Source of the DNA: Syntrophales bacterium
GTDB taxonomy: Bacteria; Desulfobacterota; Syntrophia; Syntrophales; PHBD01
Assembly (NCBI GenBank): GCA_963668175.1
Contig: OY764159.1
Coordinates: 3,904,001-3,968,000, forward strand
Direction of reading: 5' to 3'
Length of the DNA stretch: 64,000 nt
The notes under the pieces were generated by a model. It was not told the DNA's origin and did not search any database. It saw nothing but the letters and a program-made list of their open reading frames with translations. Shown here piece by piece: positions 20,925 through 30,454 of the stretch; the first letter of the stretch is position 1, and each line of letters starts with the position of its first letter. A program made the translations under genes and the position numbers.

Positions 20925-21419
20925 ATGGCCTTAATGGTCGGTAAAGATACACCGGTGAATGAGATTAACGAAGCGGAACTCGCCTACCAAGGCATTCAGC
21001 CGCTCATCAAGGCAAAGAAGGACGATCTGGCCATCATGGCCCTGGAAAAACTCCTGGAAAGATATCCGGACTTCGCCCTCGCCCATAACGATCTCGGGGT
21101 TCTTTATTTCAATCAGGGAGATAAGGACAAGGCACTCGATCATTACCGGAAAGCGGCGGAATTCCAGCCGAACAATATCACGATTCAAAAGAACCTGGCC
21201 AACTTTTACCACATCGAAAAGCAGCAGCTGCCGGAAGCCATGGAGATATATCTCAAGATTCTTAAGGCAAATCCGGAGGATATCGAAACGCTTCTTGCCA
21301 TCGGCGATGTCTGTATTGCCGTCGAAGAACTCGATAAGGCGAAGACGTTCTATAACCGGGTCCTGGAGATAGAACCCTGGAATTCAAAGGCGTGGCAGGT
21401 TCTCCAGGCGATCAAATAG
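20925..21419 (+). CDS. Stand-alone TPR protein
   Basis: About four TPRs (AHNDLGVLYF..ALDHYRKAAE; YNRVLEIEP); AAAGGAG RBS. Confidence 0.85.
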   Translation: MALMVGKDTPVNEINEAELAYQGIQPLIKAKKDDLAIMALEKLLERYPDFALAHNDLGVLYFNQGDKDKALDHYRKAAEFQPNNITIQKNLANFYHIEKQQLPEAMEIYLKILKANPEDIETLLAIGDVCIAVEELDKAKTFYNRVLEIEPWNSKAWQVLQAIK

Positions 21420-21580
21420 AGAATCCTTTCTCCTCCCACGTAGTCGTACCGGCGTGTCGATCCAGTCTGTTCCGCCTTTGATTTATTGTGGAACAAATTC
21501 GCGTTTCCCGTCTAACAACAAACCGGCCTTTGTACTGAAAGGGCAGACTCCCTTTCGTCCCCTATGCTCCTCATTCGATC

Positions 21581-22492
21581 ATGACGCGACCACAGATTTC
21601 CATTGTCACACCTTGCCTCAACGGTCTTCCTTTTCTCCCTCGAACCATTGAGAGTGTGATTTCCCGCCGTGATGCCGTCCACGCGGAATATATCGTGATC
21701 GACGGCGGTTCGTCAGACGGATCGATCGACTGCCTGAAAACGTATGCCGACCGGATCGATTACTGGTCATCCGAACCCGATTCGGGCATGTACGACGCCA
21801 TCGCCAAGGGGATAGAACGTTCCCAAGGAGAGATCGTGGGATGGCTCAACAGCGACGATCTCTATTTCCCCTGGACGCTTCCCATGGTGGTCGATATCTT
21901 CACCCGGTTCCCTGAGGTCGAATGGCTGTCAACCTTGACCTATGCGATTACCGACAGATCGGGCTATCCGGTATTCATGGGCAAACTGCCCGGCTTTTCA
22001 AGGGAAGCCTTCCTGGACGGCGTATACATGACTTCGGTCGGATCGTTCAATGCCCGTTCAGTAGGGTTCATCCAGCAGGAATCGACCTTCTGGCGGCGTC
22101 GCCTTTGGGACAGGGTCAACGCGGGATCGGTCATTCGCGAATATAAGTATGCCGGCGATTTCGCGCTATGGTGCCTCTTTATCTCAGTGACGCCATTGTT
22201 TGCGGTCCAGGCGCCCCTGGGCATGTTCCGGTCCCATGCGGCTCAGATCACGAAACAAAATATGTCTTCGTATCTTGAGGAAGCCGGCCGCTGCCTGCAG
22301 ACACTGCGTCAGCACTTCCGCTACGAAGGCACACATTTGGCCCCTCAAGCTCCCGCCGTATATGAAGGGTTCTATATCGAAAAGTCGAAAACCGCCGACG
22401 CGGAAGGCGATTGGGACATCGTAAAAAGAAATTTTTCCGTTCTTCCCGAATCGAACGAAAAGACCCTTATCACAAGTTTTCTCATCGGATAA
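21581..22492 (+). CDS. GT2 glycosyltransferase
   Basis: ISIVTPCLN, IDGGSSDGS, EPDSGMYDAIAKG, WLNSDD, IQQESTFWRR. Confidence 0.9.
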   Translation: MTRPQISIVTPCLNGLPFLPRTIESVISRRDAVHAEYIVIDGGSSDGSIDCLKTYADRIDYWSSEPDSGMYDAIAKGIERSQGEIVGWLNSDDLYFPWTLPMVVDIFTRFPEVEWLSTLTYAITDRSGYPVFMGKLPGFSREAFLDGVYMTSVGSFNARSVGFIQQESTFWRRRLWDRVNAGSVIREYKYAGDFALWCLFISVTPLFAVQAPLGMFRSHAAQITKQNMSSYLEEAGRCLQTLRQHFRYEGTHLAPQAPAVYEGFYIEKSKTADAEGDWDIVKRNFSVLPESNEKTLITSFLIG

Positions 22493-22511
22493 CCGACAAC
22501 CCTCCAGTCTG

Positions 22512-25166
22512 ATGTCCTCAAATCCCTTCCTTGTCTCCGCAATCGTTTCCACGTACAACGCCGAGCGGTTCATGGCCGGCTGCCTGGACGACCTCGAAGC
22601 CCAGACGATAGCCGACCGGCTGGAAATCATCGTGGTCGACAGCTGCTCGGAACAGAACGAAAGAAAGATCGTTGCAGCCTATCAGAAACGTTTTGCGAAT
22701 ATCCGCTATATCCGCACGGAGAAGCGCGAACGCCTCTATGCCGCGTGGAACAGGGGAATACGCGAGGCAGCGGGGCTGTATATTACAAACGCCAACACAG
22801 ACGACCGCCATTTCCCTCACGCCATGGAAGTCCAGGCGAAAGCCCTGGACGAGCACACGGAAGCAGGCATCGTCTATGCCAACATCCTCGTAACGGACCG
22901 GGTCGACGACATCCTGCAATGGCCCGCCCTCATCCGTGATAACGATACCATGACCGGAAGCAGGAAGGGCCGTTTGTTCACGTATCCCGATTTCTCTCTC
23001 CTCGGCGGCCTCACGGGGTCCAATTTCAGTCCCCAGCCCATGTGGCGGCGGTCTGTTCACGATGAAATCGGTTATTTCGATGAAAGCTATACCGTCGCCG
23101 GCGACTACGATTTCTTCTACCATACGGCCTGGCGATTCGGGGCGGTTCATATCCCCCAGCCGCTGGGGATGTATTTCGAGAATCTCGCAGGCATTGAAAA
23201 GACGAATAAGGATGCCACAATCAACGAATTTTCGCGGCTTCGCAACAAATATTATGCCATGATCCCGCTTTCGAAATTAATTCCAGGACTTGAGGAAGTC
23301 CCGGACGACCGCACCGGACAAGGCTATGCCTGGTGGAAGCTGGGGGATAACTGCCTGGCCGCCAGGCCCCGGCCTGAATTCCGGCTCGCCGCCGGTTTTT
23401 ACGGCAAAGCCTTGGCGGCCCTGGGCGAAAGGCCAAAGCTTATCCATAACCTCGCGGTGAGCCTCCTTGGCGACGGCAACAACCAGGAAGGATCGAAGTT
23501 CCTGGAAAAGGCAGCGGCAGTCCTCCCCGAATCCCGATTGCTTCTTGAAAAACAGAAGCTCTCCACAATGGACGCCCCGGACATCGGCATATACTTTCCT
23601 GCGGAAACCGATCAGGAGGTATTCGAAGACTATCCGGCGAAGAAGGCAGACGGTCCGGATCGTTCAGCAGAAAATGTGAAGGGGGAGACCGTCGCCGGTC
23701 TCCGAGGCAGAGCCAGAAGTTCTGCCGGGAGCATCCTGGAAGATGCCAAAGAAATGCAGCAGCAAGGTCAGTTCGATCGGGCCGTCCAGACCCTTCTGAC
23801 CGGTATTAAAACTTCACCGGCCGAAATTTCGCTCTATCACGGGCTGGCGGAAATGCTGATGGAGGCATCGCTCTTCTTCGACGCCCTCCATATCCTGCGC
23901 AACATGCCGACGGCGGCGGGCGACGTCAGGCGATGGGAACTTGCCGGGGCCTGCTGCAGAAGCGTCGCCCACCCTGCATCCGCAGCAATGCAGAGATCGA
24001 TTTCTCTTTGTATGATTGTCAAGAACGAGGCCGAGCGTCTCGGTCAATGCCTGTTGAGCGTCTATCCGCTCGTTCGGGAAATCGTCATCGTCGACACGGG
24101 TTCCACCGACCGGACCAAAGATATAGCGGCGGCCTTCGGGGCCCGCATTTACGACTTCCCCTGGGCGGACGATTTCTCGGCGGCGAGGAATTTTTCCATC
24201 TCTAAAGCCACAAGCGACTGGATCCTTGCTTTGGATGCCGACGAGGTTGTCGCCGAGAAAGACCTGCAGGCATTCAGGGAACTGACGGCATCGAGCACCC
24301 CGGAAACGGCTTACGATTTCGTGACGCGAAACTACATCGCCGATTTCAACACCCTCGGCTGGTCCCCGAATACGGGTGCATACGCCGCTGAAGAGGCCGG
24401 ATGCGGCTGGTTTCCCAGCACGAAGGTGAGATTGTTTCCCCGCCGGAAGGCGATCCGGTTCGAGTATCCCATCCATGAGATCGTTGAAAACAGCCTCAAG
24501 AGGGCAGGCATCGCCGTCAAGAACAGCGGCATTCCCATCCATCATTACGGCAAACTCAACAGGGGTCAAGACCTGGTGAAGGGCGAAACGTACTATCTTC
24601 TCGGCAGGAATAAACTTGCCGAGATGAAGGACAATCCGAAATTCATCGCCGAGCTTGCCATCCAGGGAAGCGGCCTGGGCCGCGACGATGAAGCCCTTGA
24701 CCTGTGGCGGCAGGTTGTCCGCCTTGAACCAGACAACGCCGATGCCCATATGAACATCAGCGCCCTCCTGATACGGCTGGGAAGGTATCGGGAGGCCCTG
24801 GAGGCGGCCAACCGGGCAAGGGATATCAATCCCCATTCCGGAGGCGTCCTGTATAATTGCGCCATTTGCGAATTCTTCTGCGACGATCTGGATGTGGCCA
24901 TCTCCTATCTGGACCGTTTGCTCCGACAAGTCCCGGAGTACGTCCCCGCCCTGGCCCTGCTGGCGGCAGCCTATATGCTTAAACAGAGGGGACCGGAGGG
25001 ACAGAAGACGCTCTCGACATTACATGAAAAAGGCATCGATTGGGTTCCCTATTTCGAGGAATTGATTAAGCGGCTGATCGCCGACGGTCGCCGCGAATAT
25101 GCCTCCTCTCTTGCGCAATGCGTGAATTCAGCAGGAGTCCGGCGGGACATCGATCATGCGACTTGA
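22512..25166 (+). CDS. GT2-TPR-GT2-TPR glycosyltransferase (protein O-glycosyltransferase-like)
   Basis: First GT2 VSAIVSTYN..NANTDDRH. Second GT2 ISLCMIVKNEA..DTGSTD..DDFSAARN..LDADE..IHE..HHYG, the type found in flagellin and peptide GTs. TPRs follow each domain. Confidence 0.85.
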   Translation: MSSNPFLVSAIVSTYNAERFMAGCLDDLEAQTIADRLEIIVVDSCSEQNERKIVAAYQKRFANIRYIRTEKRERLYAAWNRGIREAAGLYITNANTDDRHFPHAMEVQAKALDEHTEAGIVYANILVTDRVDDILQWPALIRDNDTMTGSRKGRLFTYPDFSLLGGLTGSNFSPQPMWRRSVHDEIGYFDESYTVAGDYDFFYHTAWRFGAVHIPQPLGMYFENLAGIEKTNKDATINEFSRLRNKYYAMIPLSKLIPGLEEVPDDRTGQGYAWWKLGDNCLAARPRPEFRLAAGFYGKALAALGERPKLIHNLAVSLLGDGNNQEGSKFLEKAAAVLPESRLLLEKQKLSTMDAPDIGIYFPAETDQEVFEDYPAKKADGPDRSAENVKGETVAGLRGRARSSAGSILEDAKEMQQQGQFDRAVQTLLTGIKTSPAEISLYHGLAEMLMEASLFFDALHILRNMPTAAGDVRRWELAGACCRSVAHPASAAMQRSISLCMIVKNEAERLGQCLLSVYPLVREIVIVDTGSTDRTKDIAAAFGARIYDFPWADDFSAARNFSISKATSDWILALDADEVVAEKDLQAFRELTASSTPETAYDFVTRNYIADFNTLGWSPNTGAYAAEEAGCGWFPSTKVRLFPRRKAIRFEYPIHEIVENSLKRAGIAVKNSGIPIHHYGKLNRGQDLVKGETYYLLGRNKLAEMKDNPKFIAELAIQGSGLGRDDEALDLWRQVVRLEPDNADAHMNISALLIRLGRYREALEAANRARDINPHSGGVLYNCAICEFFCDDLDVAISYLDRLLRQVPEYVPALALLAAAYMLKQRGPEGQKTLSTLHEKGIDWVPYFEELIKRLIADGRREYASSLAQCVNSAGVRRDIDHAT

Positions 25167-25196
25167 AACTATGAAGCATACCCCTGAAAAAAAGGC

Positions 25197-26270
25197 ATGA
25201 ACAGCTCGCTTCTTACTCTCTTTGCCGTACCGAAGGCCTTCACGGGAGACATGGCGTGGATCCAGGGCAACGCCATAGCAAGCTGGACCAAACTGAATCC
25301 CCGCCCCGATATCATCCTAATGGGGCAAGACCGGGGAACGGCCGAGATCGCCCGGGAGCTTGCCGTCGAACACGTCCCGGATATCGAGACCAGCGAATTC
25401 GGAACGCCGCTGATGCACTCCATTTTCCAGAAGGCGGAGGCGTGCACGAATACACCCTGGCTTGGCTATATCAACGCCGATTGCATGCTGCTCGCCGATT
25501 TCTCCCATGCCATGAAACTGCTGCAGAGCGAACTCGCGCGTCACGCCATTCCCGAATTTCTTCTAAGCAGCCAGCGGGTGGAAATCGATGTTCGGAAGTC
25601 CATCGATTTTTCCGCCTCCAATTGGCAGGCGGATATCGTGACCGAAGTGAACGAACGGGGCGTTCTCGACCACAAGACGGCCATCGAACTTTTTCTGTTC
25701 AGCAGGGGTCTCTTCAAGGACATACCGCCGTTTGCCATCGGCAGGCCCTGCTGGGACAACTGGATGGTCTGGTTTGCATGGCATAACAAAACGGCCGTTA
25801 TCGACGCGACGGAGGCGTTCCGGGTCGTCCACCAGTGCCACGACTACAGCCATGTTGCGGGCGGCTGGCGTAAAACAAGGCAGGGCGAGGAAGCGCAACG
25901 AAACGTCATCCTGGCCCAGGGACGGTTCATGTCTCTGGATATTGCCTGCACGCACGTTTTGAACACAACGGGTTTGTTCCCGGGCAGGACGCCCGACAGG
26001 GGCATGAGGGACACCCTGGTCAAAAGGAGATTGGAAAGGGGTCTGGAGGAATTCAACCGGGGACGCTACAGCGAAGCCCTCGACTATTTCGACGACGCCC
26101 TGTCCAGATCGGGCTCTTTGGCCGTTCAATCGGTCCACCTGGTCAGGGCGTTATGCCTGGACAAACTCGGCCTTCGCGAAGAGGCCGTAGCGGCGCTGAA
26201 GGATGAGCTTGCCTCCTTTCCCGACAACGTACAAGCCCTGCAATTCCTGGAAAAGTTGACGGAAGCCTGA
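25197..26270 (+). CDS. Uncharacterised GT-A-like domain + TPR (paralog of the N-terminal domain of 12589..15894)
   Basis: LFAVPKAF..GTPL..YINAD..GRPCWDNW..IDAT..HQCHDYSH aligns by eye with 12589; C-terminal TPR pair. Confidence 0.7.
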   Translation: MNSSLLTLFAVPKAFTGDMAWIQGNAIASWTKLNPRPDIILMGQDRGTAEIARELAVEHVPDIETSEFGTPLMHSIFQKAEACTNTPWLGYINADCMLLADFSHAMKLLQSELARHAIPEFLLSSQRVEIDVRKSIDFSASNWQADIVTEVNERGVLDHKTAIELFLFSRGLFKDIPPFAIGRPCWDNWMVWFAWHNKTAVIDATEAFRVVHQCHDYSHVAGGWRKTRQGEEAQRNVILAQGRFMSLDIACTHVLNTTGLFPGRTPDRGMRDTLVKRRLERGLEEFNRGRYSEALDYFDDALSRSGSLAVQSVHLVRALCLDKLGLREEAVAALKDELASFPDNVQALQFLEKLTEA

Positions 26271-26376
26271 AAAAGCGGGAGGACCGGGACATAGAACCTT
26301 TCGCCTCATGGGGCAATTCCAACGGAATGTTCCAGGAGAAGCTCCGTCGCAATAACCGCAGCCTCGCTGCCGCCCT

Positions 26377-28260
26377 TCAGTTTCCTTCAGCAACACACCT
26401 CCGAAGGCCGGCTATCATCTCGTCGATCACCTTTTCCCAGTCACCGGGGGCCGGTTGGCGAAACAGTCGCATCGTCGGGTACCACGGGCTGTCGTCCCTT
26501 TTCAGAAGCCATCGCCAATCCGGTGCATGCGGAAGCATCAGCCAGACGGACCTCCCCATTGCCCCCGCCAGGTGGGCCACTGCCGTGTCGACCGAAATGA
26601 CCAGATCGAGGTTCGCAAGCAACGCCGCCGTATCGGCAAAATCGTTCAGATCCTCCGTATAGTCGATTATCCTCCTGCCGTAAGTCCCACCGTTCAGCAC
26701 CTCCGCTGCCTTCCCTTTCTGCAAGCTGTAAAACAAGACTCGATCCGTATCGAGGAGCGGCACCAGCTTCTCCATCGGAATGGATCGGTTGCGGTCATTC
26801 TTGTGTTCCGGATTACCCGACCACACCAGGCCGACTCTGAAGCCGCCGCCGTCTGCAACGAGCCTTTCATGCCACGTTGCTTCCCCGACCTTGTCGGCGG
26901 CAAGATAAGGGATGCGATCGGGAATCGACGACAACTGTGTTTGAAAAACCATCGGCAGTGTCAGGAGCGGGCAGTGGCAATCGAAAACGGGAAGATCGTC
27001 TCCGCGGCGAATGACCCGTGCAGCGCCGTCCACGGTCTCGCAAAGGGTTACCAAACCCCCAGGCACTTCGACGATGACCTTGGCACCCGTCTTCGCCACA
27101 AGCGGAACATATCGAACAAACTGTATGGCATCCCCGTACCCCTGCTCCGCATGGAGCAGGATCGTTTTTCCCGCAATGTCGGAGCCGTCCCAGAGAGGCT
27201 GCGAAAAATGCCTCAGGTAGAGACGGTAATCCGCCTTCTCCCACCGCCATTCATACCGCTTCCATCCTTCACTAAACTCTCCCGCCAGCAAATAAACCAG
27301 CGATAGATTCCACTGTGCCTCGGGAATCGTGGGATTGATCTCCAGGGCCTTCTGATAACAGCCGATGGAGTTAGCCGTATCCCCCTTTTCCTTGAAGGCG
27401 ACACCCATATTGTTATAGGCCTCGAAATAATCGGGATCGATCCCAAGGGCCCTCCTGTAGGTCCCGATGGCCTCATCGTATCGACCCGATTCCCTCAGGA
27501 CGTTTCCGAGGTTATAACAGGCATCCAGGAAAAGCGGATCGATCCGCAGGGCCTCCCGATAGGAAGCTGCGGCCGCCTCGGCCCGCCCCGTCTCTTTGTA
27601 GAGATTCGCTATGTTATAATGGATCTCCGCATCGCCGTCTCTCAGCCTCAAGGCCTCCCGAAAGCTGGCCATGGCTTCCGCCATCTCTCCTTTGTCCCGC
27701 AGGGCGTTGCCCATGTTCTTGTAAAAATCCGCCGAGTCCGGGTTCAATTGGAGGGCTTTTTTAAAGCACTGAACGGCCCCTTCGAAATGGCCTTTGATCC
27801 TCAAGGCGTTTCCCAGGTTATTATAGCCCATGGCATTGTCGGGATCCCCTCCGATCGCCGTTTGGTAGCATTCGACGGCCTGATCGATCTCTCCGCAGGC
27901 CGTTAAGGCGACTCCCAGATTGTTGTGGATATCGGCATTGCCGGGGCAAAGCGCGGCGGCGCTCCGGTAACAGGCAACGGCCTCTTCATACCGCCCCTTT
28001 TCCTGGAAAGCATTGCCCATATTGAGATAGGCATCGGCATGGCCGGGATAGGAGTCAATCGTTCTCTGGAAATACTGGACGGCGAGATCGAATTCCCGGC
28101 GGTTATAAACGATGAGGCCGAGAAGATACAGACAGTCTGGATCGCCGGGCACGTTCTCCAATATCTTCAGACAGGCGGACCGGGCTTCTTCCAGGCGGCC
28201 TTCCCGGTAATCGATCAGGGCTGTCCGGATAGTCTCACGGATGGCATCCGACGTGTTCAC
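26377..28260 (-). CDS. TPR + GT-B (GT9-like, FlmG/FlbA-type architecture) glycosyltransferase
   Basis: About nine TPRs, then GWKRYEWRW, EQGYGDAIQF, DLVISVDTAVAHLAGAMG, DWRW..SPWYPTMRLFRQ. Confidence 0.85.
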   Translation of the reverse strand: MNTSDAIRETIRTALIDYREGRLEEARSACLKILENVPGDPDCLYLLGLIVYNRREFDLAVQYFQRTIDSYPGHADAYLNMGNAFQEKGRYEEAVACYRSAAALCPGNADIHNNLGVALTACGEIDQAVECYQTAIGGDPDNAMGYNNLGNALRIKGHFEGAVQCFKKALQLNPDSADFYKNMGNALRDKGEMAEAMASFREALRLRDGDAEIHYNIANLYKETGRAEAAAASYREALRIDPLFLDACYNLGNVLRESGRYDEAIGTYRRALGIDPDYFEAYNNMGVAFKEKGDTANSIGCYQKALEINPTIPEAQWNLSLVYLLAGEFSEGWKRYEWRWEKADYRLYLRHFSQPLWDGSDIAGKTILLHAEQGYGDAIQFVRYVPLVAKTGAKVIVEVPGGLVTLCETVDGAARVIRRGDDLPVFDCHCPLLTLPMVFQTQLSSIPDRIPYLAADKVGEATWHERLVADGGGFRVGLVWSGNPEHKNDRNRSIPMEKLVPLLDTDRVLFYSLQKGKAAEVLNGGTYGRRIIDYTEDLNDFADTAALLANLDLVISVDTAVAHLAGAMGRSVWLMLPHAPDWRWLLKRDDSPWYPTMRLFRQPAPGDWEKVIDEMIAGLRRCVAEGN

Positions 28261-28287
28261 ACCGTCTTCCCCCCGAGCGATACCTTC

Positions 28288-29376
28288 TCATGACAAAACG
28301 GCCGCGGCGATATCGCGTTCGTTTCCCTTAATCCATTCATACATATCCTCTAAGACCGACGTAGGCGACCGCTTGGGCTGCCAGCCGAATGTCCCGGACA
28401 CGTCCCCATTGTCGGTGATATAAATTCTTACGTCGTAAGGCCGGTCCGTCGGCTCGGAGGCCACCGCGACTTCATTACCGGTCACCTCCCTGCACAAGGC
28501 CGTCAGTTCAAGAAGGGATAACGTATTTTCAACCCCGCCGCCGGCATTGAAAATCCGGCCGTTTGCCTGATCCAGGTTTTCAAGCTGACGCCTGAGAAGA
28601 TCAAAAAGGTCGTCGATATGTAGGATGTCCCGTACCTGTTTCCCTTGTCCTCCGAACCCGATATACGCGAGCGGTTTTTTAAAATAATGGGCCGTCAGCC
28701 AGTAGGAGAGTACACCCTGTTCGGCTTTTCCGAATTGCCAGGGACCGGCCAGGAGGCCGATCCGGTTGATGATGCACCGGATGCCGTACATGGAAGCGTA
28801 TTCCTGAAGAATGAGTTCCGAACACAATTTGGTCGCACCGTACATGGACCTCGGACCTTCCAGAGGGAAACCCGAAGCGATTCCGGCAGGCGACCAGCCC
28901 GGTATCTTTTTCGCCTGTTTCCCACCCCAGATAAAGCGGGTTTCAGTTTCGACGACCTCCAGGCTGTTAATACGTTCGTAGGGATAGACGCGGCTGGTCG
29001 ACAGATAGATAACATCCGCCTGATGCTTCCTCGCCAGTTCGAGACAATGGATGGTTCCCGTCAAATTGCTGTGGATCAGATATTCGGGGCTTTCGTTATG
29101 GCCGGCCAGGACGGACGGTTCGGCGGAACAGTCGATGAGAAGGTCGATGGTCCGGCCAAGGTCCAGGTCTTCCCTGTTGCGGATGTCTCCATGGACGAAT
29201 TCGATATTCATTGATTTCAGACGAGGCAGGTTGAGTTCGGAACCTCTTCTTTTGAGATTGTCCAAGCAGATGACATGCAAGTCCGGGAATTCCTTTTTAA
29301 ACGAACAGGCGAGATTGCTGCCGACAAAACCGGCACCGCCCGTTATCAGCAGGGTTGCATAATTTCTTTTCGTCAT
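28288..29376 (-). CDS. NAD-dependent epimerase (CDP-paratose 2-epimerase/RfbE-like SDR)
   Basis: LITGGAGFVG, DNLKRRGS, YGATK, GKQVRDILHIDDL, FNAGGG. Confidence 0.8.
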   Translation of the reverse strand: MTKRNYATLLITGGAGFVGSNLACSFKKEFPDLHVICLDNLKRRGSELNLPRLKSMNIEFVHGDIRNREDLDLGRTIDLLIDCSAEPSVLAGHNESPEYLIHSNLTGTIHCLELARKHQADVIYLSTSRVYPYERINSLEVVETETRFIWGGKQAKKIPGWSPAGIASGFPLEGPRSMYGATKLCSELILQEYASMYGIRCIINRIGLLAGPWQFGKAEQGVLSYWLTAHYFKKPLAYIGFGGQGKQVRDILHIDDLFDLLRRQLENLDQANGRIFNAGGGVENTLSLLELTALCREVTGNEVAVASEPTDRPYDVRIYITDNGDVSGTFGWQPKRSPTSVLEDMYEWIKGNERDIAAAVLS

Positions 29377-30431
29377 GGCTGCACCACCGATTTCTGGGTT
29401 TCGTAAATCTCCTGCAGGATGGCGTCCAGGCTATAGGTCAGATGCCATTCGGGATAATGGCTTTGGAATTTCTCATTGCTGCTGATCCACCAGATGTGGT
29501 CTCCGGCCCTGGCCTGGTCCGCGTATTCATACCGCATCGCCTTGCCCGAAATCTTCCGGCACAAGTCAATCGCTTCCAGGACCGAGCAGTTGCAGAAACG
29601 TCCGCCGCCGATGTTATAGACCTCGCCGCAGCGCGGTTTCTGCGAGAAGATGAAGAAGGCCCGGACGAGGTCGCGGGCGTCGATATTGTCCCGGACCTGT
29701 TTGCCTTTATAGCCGTAGATGACGTATCGCCCGCCGGTGATGCAGCATCGCATGATATAAGACAAAAAGCCGTGCAGCCTGGTTCCTGAATGGGCCGCCC
29801 CCGTGAGGCAGCCGCCCCTGAAAACGGCGGTCTTAAGATGGAAGTATCTGCCGTATTCCTGAACGAGCAGGTCCGCAGACAGCTTGGAGACGCCGAACAG
29901 GCTGTGCATGCTCTGATCGACGGACATCGTTTCATCGATTCCCCGATGCCACGGATGAGGTTCTTCAAGTTCGTACCGCGTCTCTTTTTCGATAAACGGC
30001 AAACGGTTGGGCTGGTCGCCGTAAACTTTATTGGTGGAGGTATAGATGAAGACCGCATCCCCGGCATATTTACGGATGCTTTCCAACAGAATCAAGGTTC
30101 CTTGGGCATTGATGGAAAAGTCGGTCTGAGGATCGGATGCCGCCCAATCGTGGGACGGTTGTGCGGCCGCGTGGATGATCAGATCGAAACGGTTTTCCTG
30201 AAAGAGCCGGGCGACCGACGCCTCGTTCCTGATATCCATGTCCAGATGGCGATAACGGGGATACTCCTTTTTCAGGCGTTCGTTGTTCCAGGCCGTATCC
30301 CCTTCCGGCCCGAAGAAAAGTTTACGCATGTTGTTGTCGATGCCGACGACCTCGCGGCCCTGCTCGCTGAAGAACCTGACGGCTTCGGAACCGACCAGGC
30401 CCGCCGAACCAGTAACCAACACTTGCGACAT
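29373..30431 (-). CDS. NAD-dependent epimerase (RfbE-like SDR, FxxxK variant)
   Basis: VTGSAGLVG, HAAAQPSH, TSTNKVYGD, SLFGVSK, GKQVRD, YNIGGGR. Confidence 0.8.
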   Translation of the reverse strand: MSQVLVTGSAGLVGSEAVRFFSEQGREVVGIDNNMRKLFFGPEGDTAWNNERLKKEYPRYRHLDMDIRNEASVARLFQENRFDLIIHAAAQPSHDWAASDPQTDFSINAQGTLILLESIRKYAGDAVFIYTSTNKVYGDQPNRLPFIEKETRYELEEPHPWHRGIDETMSVDQSMHSLFGVSKLSADLLVQEYGRYFHLKTAVFRGGCLTGAAHSGTRLHGFLSYIMRCCITGGRYVIYGYKGKQVRDNIDARDLVRAFFIFSQKPRCGEVYNIGGGRFCNCSVLEAIDLCRKISGKAMRYEYADQARAGDHIWWISSNEKFQSHYPEWHLTYSLDAILQEIYETQKSVVQP

Positions 30432-30454
30432 GAATTGTGCCTCCGGAATATCCC

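Noticed and set aside
26271..26376. Bidirectional terminator at the convergence of the two blocks
   Set aside because: I found no convincing stem-loop with a U tract by eye.
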